Positions 19,180 through 26,863 of a DNA stretch of 47,103 nt are shown here, piece by piece. The notes beneath the pieces were generated by a model, which made no database searches, was not told the DNA's origin, and saw nothing but the letters and a program-made list of their open reading frames with translations. Numbering within the stretch: position 1 is the stretch's first letter; every line of letters begins with the position of its first letter. This stretch comes from Myxococcales bacterium (GTDB lineage: Bacteria; Myxococcota_A; UBA9042): contig JBBISH010000039.1 of assembly GCA_037441385.1 (NCBI GenBank), positions 1-47,103 on the forward strand. The letters are read 5' to 3'. The translations under genes were made by a program, and so were the position numbers.

Positions 19180-20934
19180 CTATTTGGCGGTGCCGGCAAA
19201 CGCCACGGCAAAGGTCCCCTTGACCGACAGATTGGTCTGCGCGGCCAGGTCCACCTTGAGCGTGGCAGCATACGTGCCGAGTTTCTTGGGCTTGAACGAG
19301 AGGGTCACGGTGATCCGCTTGCCGGGTGCGAGCACCGTGGTCTTGCCGGCACTGGGGCAGCCCTTCAGCGTCAGGCCCAGCGGCCCCATCGGCGGGTCCA
19401 CCGTGCACGCCGAGACGGTGTAGGTGTCGTTGGACGTGTTGACCAATTCCACCTTCTGCGTCGCGGTCTTGCCGGGTTTGATGGTCGGCAGGTCGGTCTT
19501 TCCAGACACCGTCAGCTGGGGCGCGATGGTGAGGTTCTTCCAGGTCAGGCTCAGGTTGTCGCCCGCCGCCGGCCAGGGTGCCGTGCCCAGCCAGGCCCAA
19601 GTCGCGCCGTTGTCCGTCGAGATCCGGAACTTGTAGGCGTAGGTGCCGTCGTCGACCCAGTCGACGCCGTTGGGGCCAGACAGCGGGCTGCCGTGCTGAC
19701 GCACGTTCCAGTCAAACCGCCAGTTGTTGCCGCCTTTGTCCAAGAAATCCATCTTGTACGAGTGCCAGGCGCCGCCCGGTTTGCCCGAGAAGAACGGCGA
19801 CACCACCTCGACCCGCACAAAACCGCCGCTCGCGGCCGGCAGCGCGCTGTCTTGGTCCGTCAATCCAGGCACATACAGCTCTACGGCGGGCTTGGGCGGC
19901 GGCCAGTAGCTCGACGGAACCGAGGCAAACGGATTGTCCAGACCGGTCTGAAACGCATACCCCGCCTTGTAGCTTCCGTCCGGCATCACCCAACCTTTGG
20001 AAAACGCCGTGTGGCCCACCTGGGCCCAGCTCACCTGCGGCGGCGTGCCGATGTTGCCCAGGTAATTCTTGCCGTTTTGGCTATCCCACAGCGTGTTCTT
20101 GGGGCCCTTTGCCTCGACCCAAAACGTCAGGTTCGAGCCGGGCATCAGTTGCGCCGCTGGGATTGCGCCCTGCCACCGCGTGTTGATGCCGTAGCCGCCA
20201 AAATGAATCGCATCCACCGCCATCGGCGTGTCGATCACCGGGCCGCCGCCCACTTTCCAGTGCAGAATCACTTGCACGTTGGGTACTTCTGGCCAGGTCT
20301 CGACCGCCACGTTCAAGGCGTGCGCCGTGTACACCATGTCACTGGGCAGCTTGCGGACCCAGCCGTCTTGTTTGGCCTGCAGCGAGCCAATGCCCTGCAA
20401 CGCGGCCGGCGCTTGCACCGTGGCCAGCCAGTCTTTGCTGCCGTTGTTCAGCCAGACCTCGGCCGTGGGCGTGACCAGCTTGAAGGTCGCCCGAACTTGC
20501 GTCCCGGCCGCGAACGTGCCCAAGTCAAAGAACACCGCCGCGCGCCCCAGGATTTGCACCGGCGTGCCAGGGCTGTCTTTTTGGGTGGCCCAGCCGTCCT
20601 TGCTCCACCGCACGACCCCCGACGTGGGCGCCGCAGCCCCCGGCCACGCCACCACCGCAAAGACGATGCGATCGCTCGCCCCAGGTACCGCCGGCGTCGC
20701 ATGGATCTCGTAGGCGATGTCTGTACCCAGCTGAGCCATCTGCAAGGCCTCGGCCGGCTTGAGCAATCCCTTCGCGGCCAGGGCCGCGCCCACCTCGGGC
20801 GAGGTCAAGGCGGCCTCCTGCACGACGTAGAGCGGGGCCGTATCTTCGGCCTGAGTCGGCGTGTCTTGACTGCACGACGCGAGCAGGGCGATCCCACCGC
20901 TGAGCAGAGCTGTAAGAATTTTCTGGTTTTGCAT
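19180..20934 (-). CDS. Lipoprotein with putative carbohydrate-binding-like beta-sandwich modules and a C-terminal Ig-like (ASH-type) domain
   Basis: GGAGG RBS and ATG 20934 (MQNQKILTALLSGGIALLASC, lipobox). Repeated WLNNGSKDW / WDSQNGKNY motifs recall starch-binding CBMs. C-terminal LAPGKRITVTLSFKP. Confidence 0.6.
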   Translation of the reverse strand: MQNQKILTALLSGGIALLASCSQDTPTQAEDTAPLYVVQEAALTSPEVGAALAAKGLLKPAEALQMAQLGTDIAYEIHATPAVPGASDRIVFAVVAWPGAAAPTSGVVRWSKDGWATQKDSPGTPVQILGRAAVFFDLGTFAAGTQVRATFKLVTPTAEVWLNNGSKDWLATVQAPAALQGIGSLQAKQDGWVRKLPSDMVYTAHALNVAVETWPEVPNVQVILHWKVGGGPVIDTPMAVDAIHFGGYGINTRWQGAIPAAQLMPGSNLTFWVEAKGPKNTLWDSQNGKNYLGNIGTPPQVSWAQVGHTAFSKGWVMPDGSYKAGYAFQTGLDNPFASVPSSYWPPPKPAVELYVPGLTDQDSALPAASGGFVRVEVVSPFFSGKPGGAWHSYKMDFLDKGGNNWRFDWNVRQHGSPLSGPNGVDWVDDGTYAYKFRISTDNGATWAWLGTAPWPAAGDNLSLTWKNLTIAPQLTVSGKTDLPTIKPGKTATQKVELVNTSNDTYTVSACTVDPPMGPLGLTLKGCPSAGKTTVLAPGKRITVTLSFKPKKLGTYAATLKVDLAAQTNLSVKGTFAVAFAGTAK

Positions 20935-21031
20935 GGCCAACCTCCCCGAACAGGGGCCAAGATTGTACGGCCCGGGGTGGCTGTCGTCCATGATCTGCGT
21001 CAAGTTCGCCGTGTCGGCCCAGCTCGCCGAC

Positions 21032-21391
21032 TCAAATTGCCGCGGACCCGCGTTCACCCGTGCGGATGCGCACCACATCGTCCATCGGCAGCACGAAAAT
21101 TTTGCCGTCGCCCACCGCGCCTTGGCTCCCCGTTCTGGCGCCGGCGATGATCGCCGAGATCGCCGGCTCCACGTAGGCGTCGTTCACGCACAACGTGATG
21201 CGGGTCCGGCCCACGGTGCGGACGTGCACCGGGTGGCCACGGAAGTACTCGACTTCGCCCGACTGCCGGCCGTGACCTTCTACGCCGTCGACCGTCAGGC
21301 GGAAGTTGTCGCCTTCGTCCAAGACGGCGCGCAAGCTCTCTTCCACCGCGTCCAGCCGCTCGGGCCGAATGATGGCGACAATCATCTTCAT
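21032..21391 (-). CDS. glnK: P-II nitrogen regulatory protein (amt-linked, GlnK-like)
   Basis: GGAG RBS and ATG 21391. MKMIVAIIRP, GHGRQ, GDGKIFV, VRIRTGERG. Lies directly downstream of amtB. Confidence 0.9.
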   Translation of the reverse strand: MKMIVAIIRPERLDAVEESLRAVLDEGDNFRLTVDGVEGHGRQSGEVEYFRGHPVHVRTVGRTRITLCVNDAYVEPAISAIIAGARTGSQGAVGDGKIFVLPMDDVVRIRTGERGSAAI

Positions 21392-21407
21392 GGCAACTCC
21401 AGGTAAA

Positions 21408-22661
21408 TTATAGCGAATCGAAGTGGTAGCCGCGCTCGCCGTGCACGTGCAGATCCAGGCCGTCGCGCTCTTCTTCTTCGCTGGCGCGCAGACCCATGGT
21501 CGCCCGCACCGCCGCGCCGATGACCCACGACATGCCGCCGGCAAAGACGATCGCCACCACCACGCCCAAGACTTGCTTGCCGATCTGCGCCGTCTCGCCT
21601 GCGAGCAGACCCGCAACAGGGGTAAAGCAGAACACACCCGTCAGCACGGCGCCCAGGATGCCGCCCACACCGTGCACGCCAAACGCGTCCAAGCTGTCGT
21701 CGTAGCCCAGGCGCCCCTTCCACTGCACGGCGGCAAAGCAGACCAGGCTCGATAGCGCGCCCATGATCAGCGCGGCCCAGGGTTGCACGTGCCCGGCCGC
21801 CGGCGTGATCGCCACCAGACCCGCGACGATGCCCGAAGCCAGGCCCAGGCTGGTCACCTTGCCGTGGCGGAGACGCTCGACCAGCATCCACGTCAGCCCC
21901 GCCGACGCCGCTGCCGCTTGCGTTGTGGCAAAGGCCAAACCCGCCGACGTGCCCGCGACGGGCGACTCGACCGCGACCGCGCTGCCCGCGTTGAAGCCAA
22001 ACCAGCCAAACCACAGCAGCCCCGCGCCCGTCAGCGTCAAGACCAGATTGTTGGGCAGGATCGCCGCCCCACGGGTCACGTCGCGACGCGGCCCCACCAT
22101 CCAGGCAAGCACCAGCGCCGACACGCCGGCCGAGATGTGCACGACCGTGCCGCCTGCAAAATCGAGCACGCCCTGCTTGAACAGCCAGCCGTCGGATGCC
22201 CACACCCAGTGGGCCAGCGGGCAGTACACCAGCGTGACCCACAGGGCGGTAAAGGCAACAAAGCTGCGGAACTTGACGCGCTCGGCCACCGCGCCCGAGA
22301 TCAGCGCGGGCGTGATGATGGCGAACTTGCCTTGGAACATCACAAAGACCAGCTCGGGGATGCCCTTGTCGCCAAACAGCTTGGTGGGCGCCAGGCCGTG
22401 CAGACCGACCAGCGCCGTATCCCAGCCGATCCAGCCGCCCATCGACGTGCCAAAGGCCAGGGCATAGCCCACGACGACCCATTGCACGCCGATGACCGCC
22501 ATCGCGACAAAGCTCATCATCATGGTCGAGAGCACGTTCTTGCGGCGGACCATGCCGCCGTAGAATAGGGCAAGTCCCGGCACCATCAGCAGAACCAGCG
22601 CGGAGCTGGCGAGCATCCAGGCCGTGGACCCCGAGTCGATCGTCAAGGTGGGAGTAGGCAT
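21408..22661 (-). CDS. amtB: Ammonium transporter
   Basis: PGLALFYGG, DFAGGTVVH, WFGWFGFNAGS, DDSLDAFGVHG. Both conserved pore His residues are present. Confidence 0.97.
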   Translation of the reverse strand: MPTPTLTIDSGSTAWMLASSALVLLMVPGLALFYGGMVRRKNVLSTMMMSFVAMAVIGVQWVVVGYALAFGTSMGGWIGWDTALVGLHGLAPTKLFGDKGIPELVFVMFQGKFAIITPALISGAVAERVKFRSFVAFTALWVTLVYCPLAHWVWASDGWLFKQGVLDFAGGTVVHISAGVSALVLAWMVGPRRDVTRGAAILPNNLVLTLTGAGLLWFGWFGFNAGSAVAVESPVAGTSAGLAFATTQAAAASAGLTWMLVERLRHGKVTSLGLASGIVAGLVAITPAAGHVQPWAALIMGALSSLVCFAAVQWKGRLGYDDSLDAFGVHGVGGILGAVLTGVFCFTPVAGLLAGETAQIGKQVLGVVVAIVFAGGMSWVIGAAVRATMGLRASEEEERDGLDLHVHGERGYHFDSL

Positions 22662-22923
22662 GCGTTCAGCTTGGGGCGGCGCCGGCCGCCAGGCTAGTGT
22701 GCAGCATGCAACCTGTTGAGTTGGTTGTCGAGTTCGCGGCAGAGCCGGGCTCGCCCACGGATCCCCTGGCCCGCGGGGTGAAAAGAACTCGGTAGCTGGG
22801 CCGCCCAGCAGCGGATTGCCGGCCTGCGGAATCCGCTTGGGTCAGGTTTGACGGCCGACCATGCCGCGCGTAGCCTGCCCCAAGAGGACGCGGCTCGCGG
22901 TGCTGCGGAGCTGGAGTGGCTAG

Positions 22924-23931
22924 GTGGAGCACCGTGGGGCGAATCGCGAACCGCTCGCGGCCGATGCCGAGTTGGGCAGCGATCGTGGCGGCGGATGGCG
23001 GACGGCCCTGATCCAGGCCCTGCAGGCCGGCAGCGCCGCCGTGGCCGCCGAAGCCGGTGCCGTCGCCACCCGTCCGGCCGAGGCTGTGCACGAATTGCGC
23101 AGAGCGCTTCGTCGGTTGCGCGCCCTTCTGCGCCTGCTTGCGGCCGCCTGGCCCGGCAATCTCGCGCGCCAGGCCGATCGGGCCCTGGGGGTGGCACGCC
23201 GGGCGTTGGCCCATGCGCGCGATGCCGACGTGCTCCCCAGTGCTGTAGAGCGGTTGCCGGCCAAGACGCAGCGATCGATGCAGGCCATCATCGCGCACCT
23301 CCAACACAAACGCACCTTTGTGCTGGCTGATCCCCTTTGGCCCGAAGTGGCGCAGGCGGCGGCAGCGCGCACCCAGACCGTGATCGAAGCGATGACGGAC
23401 CAATTGGGCGCCTTGGACGAAGGCACCTGTGCCCGCGGAGTTGGCAAACTGCTGCGGCGCCTGCAGGTCGCGAAGCGACGCTGCGAAAGCAAACCGACCC
23501 ACCGCCGGATGCATACCCTGCGCAAGAGTGCGAAATACCTGGCCGACGCGCTGTGGTGGCTGGGCAGTGCGCAGGGCCCCGAGCACAAAGCCCTGGGCAA
23601 GGCAGTGGATTTGCTGGGCCGGGCCACTGATGTCCTGGTGCTGCACAGCTGGCTGCGGGCGACAGGGGCCGGGCGCCGTTTGGGCGTGCGCCGACGCCAA
23701 GTCCGCGCCGCCGAGGCATTTGCCCAGGCCTGCGTGGCCCAGGCGCTGGTGCAGCTGGACAAGATCGGCGCATGCGACAACCAGGCGGGGTTGCGGCTGG
23801 GCGCACGGGCGGCGGACGGCCGCGTGGCCTTGCGTGAAGTCGCCGTGGTCGCGCCGGCCGTTGCCGAGGGCGCCGAGCCGTGCGAGCCTTGCCATGGTGC
23901 GTCGGAGGCGGCGCCAGGGAGTGAATCATGA
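22924..23931 (+). CDS. CHAD domain protein (polyphosphate-binding family)
   Basis: Two His-Arg motifs, VHELRRALRRLRALL and MHTLRKSAKYL, plus ARDADV. Start uncertain. Confidence 0.7.
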   Translation: MEHRGANREPLAADAELGSDRGGGWRTALIQALQAGSAAVAAEAGAVATRPAEAVHELRRALRRLRALLRLLAAAWPGNLARQADRALGVARRALAHARDADVLPSAVERLPAKTQRSMQAIIAHLQHKRTFVLADPLWPEVAQAAAARTQTVIEAMTDQLGALDEGTCARGVGKLLRRLQVAKRRCESKPTHRRMHTLRKSAKYLADALWWLGSAQGPEHKALGKAVDLLGRATDVLVLHSWLRATGAGRRLGVRRRQVRAAEAFAQACVAQALVQLDKIGACDNQAGLRLGARAADGRVALREVAVVAPAVAEGAEPCEPCHGASEAAPGSES

Positions 23932-26579
23932 TGCAGTGGGGCAAGCCCGGCCGTCGGGCCTGGCGATGGACAGCGGCAGCCTGGACCGTGGCGACCGTGG
24001 CGGCGTGTAGCGACGACGCCGAACCCATCGCCACGAGCAGCAAAGACGCGACAGTGGCCGACTCGGCCGACGTGACCGATACCGCTGCCGACGCTGACGC
24101 TGCAGCCACCGATGTCGCGTCGGCTGACACGGCGCCTGCTCCCGACACCTTTGCCTGGACCGAGCCCAAGTTCAGCGCCAAGATCCGCTGGACTTCGTAC
24201 GGAATTCCCCACATCCAGGGCGCGACGCTGGGCGACGTCGCTTTTGGTCAGGGCTACGCTTTTGCCAAAGAGAACCTGTGCACGCTGGCCGACCAGCTGG
24301 TCAAAGTCCGGAGCGAGCGGGCCGCGTATTTTGGCCCAGGCACCAGCGACGCCAACGTGGCCTCTGACTTTGCTTACAAGGCGTTGCGGGTCATGGACTA
24401 CGCCCACCAAAAATGGGCGGCGACCGGCGACAAGGCGCTTTCGGCCGAAGTGCGCTCGGTGCTCGAAGGCTATGCCGCCGGCTACAACCACCGCCTGGCC
24501 GAGGTTGGGCCCAGCGGCTGGCCCACCCTGTGCAAGAATGCGGCCTGGGTCAAGCCGGCCTCGCCCGTGGATCTGCTCGCGTACTACCACGACTTGGCGC
24601 TGCTGGCCTCTGGCCGCAACTTGCGCAAGTACCTGGCCGACGTGCAGCCGCCCGCCAAGAAGGGGGCTGGCGCGATGCCGATGTGGCTGCGGGGCCAAGA
24701 CTGGCAACAGTGGTCGGCGGCGGCCGAAGGGCTGCAGACCGCCGGTGCCGAGCTCGCCGACTTGCGCGAGCACGCCATCGGCAGCAATGGTTGGGGCGTG
24801 GGCAAAGAGCGGACCGAGAGCGGCAACGGCATGGTCCTTGGTAACCCGCACTTCCCGTGGTTTGGTGAATTGCGCCTGTGGGAATCTCATCTTACGGTGC
24901 CTGGTGTGGTGGACGTGCAGGGCGCCACCTTGTCGGGGATGCCGATGGTGCTGATCGGCCACAACGCCCACGCGGCGTTTACCGCGACGGTGTCGGCGTC
25001 GAGCAAGTTCACGGTCTACAAGCTGAAGCTGGACCCAGCCGACCCGACCATCTACCTGGTCGACGGCAAGCCGTCGCAAATGTCGTCGTTTGCCGCGACC
25101 ATCCAGGTCAAGCAGACCGATGGCACCCTGAAGGCCGTGAGCCGCACCTTCTGGCGGACTAGTTTTGGGCCGATCGCCGTCATCCCGGGCATCGCCGAGT
25201 GGAATACGGAGCAGGCCTGGGCGCTCCGCGACGGCAACGAGGCGAACTCCTCGACCCTGGAGCACTTCTTGAAGATCGACCAAGCGAAGTCGGTCGAGGA
25301 CATTCAAAACGTCTGCGCGACCGTGGGCGGCAATCCGTGGACGAACACGATGGCGGCGGACGACACCGGCTCGGTGTTCTACAGCGAATCGCAGAGCACG
25401 CCGAACCTGAGCCAGGCCTGTCGCGACGAGTGGAAGGCGGCCTCGTCGGGCGGCGACCTGTTCGTCAAGTTGGCGTGGGAGAACGGGATGATCTTGCTGG
25501 ACGGCAGCAAGTCGCAAAACGGCTGGGTCGAAGAGCCGGGGGCGCGGATGCCCGGCCTGGTTCCCTACAGCAAAGTCCCGCACGTGCTGCGGAAAGACTA
25601 TGTGCTGAACGCGAACGACTCGCACTGGCTCAGCAACCTGAGCGCCCCGCTAGAGGGCTACGCGTTCCCGTTTGGCCCCGAGGGCACGGCGCGCTCGCAG
25701 CGGACACGCCTGAATTTGAAGATGGCCACCGAGGTTGGGCCAACGGGTGCCTCGGGTGCGGACGGCAAGTTCTCGGCCGACGAGCTGCGGGCGATGATTC
25801 ACAACGGGCGCGCGCACACTGCCGAGCTGTATCGCGACGAGATGGTCGCTCGCTGCAAGCCGGGGACGCAGGTGCAGGCGGTGTTGGCGTCGGGATCGCC
25901 CAGCGAGGCGGTGGATTTGAGCGAGGCCTGCTCGGTGCTGGCGGCTTGGGACGGCACGCTGGGGCCCGACAGCCCGGGGGCCGTGCTGTGGCGCGAGTTC
26001 TGGGCGGCTCCCGGCGGGCCGTCGCCGTTCTTCCTGGTGCCGTTTGACGCCAAGGACCCGATCGGCACGCCCAAGACCTTGAAGCCCGCGCCGCAGACCG
26101 GCGACGACCCGTACCTGGTGCTGCTGGGCCACGCGGTGCTGGTGCTGAAGAAGGCCGGGGTGGCGCTGAACGAGACCCTGGGCAAGCAGCAGTACACCAT
26201 GAAAGACGCGGTGCGGATTGCGATTCCCGGCGGCTACCACAGCGAGGGCGTGTTCCAGGTGATCGGTGCGGGCACATCGTCCAACGACACCCTGCTGCCC
26301 ACGCTGAAGACGCAACCGCCGGTGGTGGCGGGCAGTCCGCTGACGACGGCGGGTTACCCGGTGGCCTACGGCTCCAGCTTTGTCATGGTCGTCGAGCTGA
26401 CGCCGAGCGGCCCGCAAGGGCAGGCCATCTTGAGCTACAGCCAGTCGACTGACCCGGCCTCGGCGAATTTTGCCGACCAGACCCAGCTGTTCAGCCAGCG
26501 CAAGTTCCGGCCGATGCTGTGGAACGACGCCGACATTGCCAAGGATCCCGCCTACCAGCTCCAGGCCGTCGCGAACTAG
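23928..26579 (+). CDS. Penicillin acylase-family Ntn hydrolase (PvdQ/AHL-acylase-like), lipoprotein
   Basis: IRWTSYGIPHI, catalytic GSNGW (Ser at 24783-24785), NPHFPW, NANDSHW, QAILSYSQS, DQTQLFS. Lipobox VAAC. Confidence 0.9.
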   Translation: MMQWGKPGRRAWRWTAAAWTVATVAACSDDAEPIATSSKDATVADSADVTDTAADADAAATDVASADTAPAPDTFAWTEPKFSAKIRWTSYGIPHIQGATLGDVAFGQGYAFAKENLCTLADQLVKVRSERAAYFGPGTSDANVASDFAYKALRVMDYAHQKWAATGDKALSAEVRSVLEGYAAGYNHRLAEVGPSGWPTLCKNAAWVKPASPVDLLAYYHDLALLASGRNLRKYLADVQPPAKKGAGAMPMWLRGQDWQQWSAAAEGLQTAGAELADLREHAIGSNGWGVGKERTESGNGMVLGNPHFPWFGELRLWESHLTVPGVVDVQGATLSGMPMVLIGHNAHAAFTATVSASSKFTVYKLKLDPADPTIYLVDGKPSQMSSFAATIQVKQTDGTLKAVSRTFWRTSFGPIAVIPGIAEWNTEQAWALRDGNEANSSTLEHFLKIDQAKSVEDIQNVCATVGGNPWTNTMAADDTGSVFYSESQSTPNLSQACRDEWKAASSGGDLFVKLAWENGMILLDGSKSQNGWVEEPGARMPGLVPYSKVPHVLRKDYVLNANDSHWLSNLSAPLEGYAFPFGPEGTARSQRTRLNLKMATEVGPTGASGADGKFSADELRAMIHNGRAHTAELYRDEMVARCKPGTQVQAVLASGSPSEAVDLSEACSVLAAWDGTLGPDSPGAVLWREFWAAPGGPSPFFLVPFDAKDPIGTPKTLKPAPQTGDDPYLVLLGHAVLVLKKAGVALNETLGKQQYTMKDAVRIAIPGGYHSEGVFQVIGAGTSSNDTLLPTLKTQPPVVAGSPLTTAGYPVAYGSSFVMVVELTPSGPQGQAILSYSQSTDPASANFADQTQLFSQRKFRPMLWNDADIAKDPAYQLQAVAN

Positions 26580-26597
26580 CGGACCGACCGACCCGAC

Positions 26598-26622
26598 CAC
26601 AAGGCACCCTTGTGTCATGTGG
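26598..26622 (-). repeat. REP-like hairpin repeat, left member of an inverted intergenic pair
   Basis: CACAAGG-CAC-CCTTGTG (7-bp stem) followed by TCATGTGG. Confidence 0.8.
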
Positions 26623-26815
26623 TTGAACGTACAGGCGAAAACAGCATGCTTCGGGTTCCATCGCACCGCCAGCGTCGCGGCGGCCGCCTTGGCGCGGCGC
26701 ACCGTCCGGTCAGCCTCGCTCGGCTTGCTGTGGGAGCTCCAAACGGTCGCGCCAGGAACCTGCCCGGTCGAAGAACCATGCGCCTGAAAATCCCGAATTC
26801 ATCAATCTAGATGCG

Positions 26816-26841
26816 AACATGACACGAGGGTGCGTCGTGTC
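26816..26841 (+). repeat. REP-like hairpin repeat, right member of an inverted intergenic pair
   Basis: AACAT-GACACGA-GGGTGCG-TCGTGTC. 16/17 inverted match to 26604-26620. Confidence 0.8.
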
Positions 26842-26863
26842 CGGCAGGCAGTGCCGTTGGGCG

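Noticed and set aside
22662..22923. Sigma-54 or NtrC sites upstream of amtB
   Set aside because: I found no convincing TGGCAC-N5-TTGC or TGCACC-N5-GGTGCA match.
18472..25625. Long ORFs 18472..21150 (+) and 22920..25625 (-)
   Set aside because: They overlap well-supported genes on the opposite strand and have Arg-rich shadow composition.
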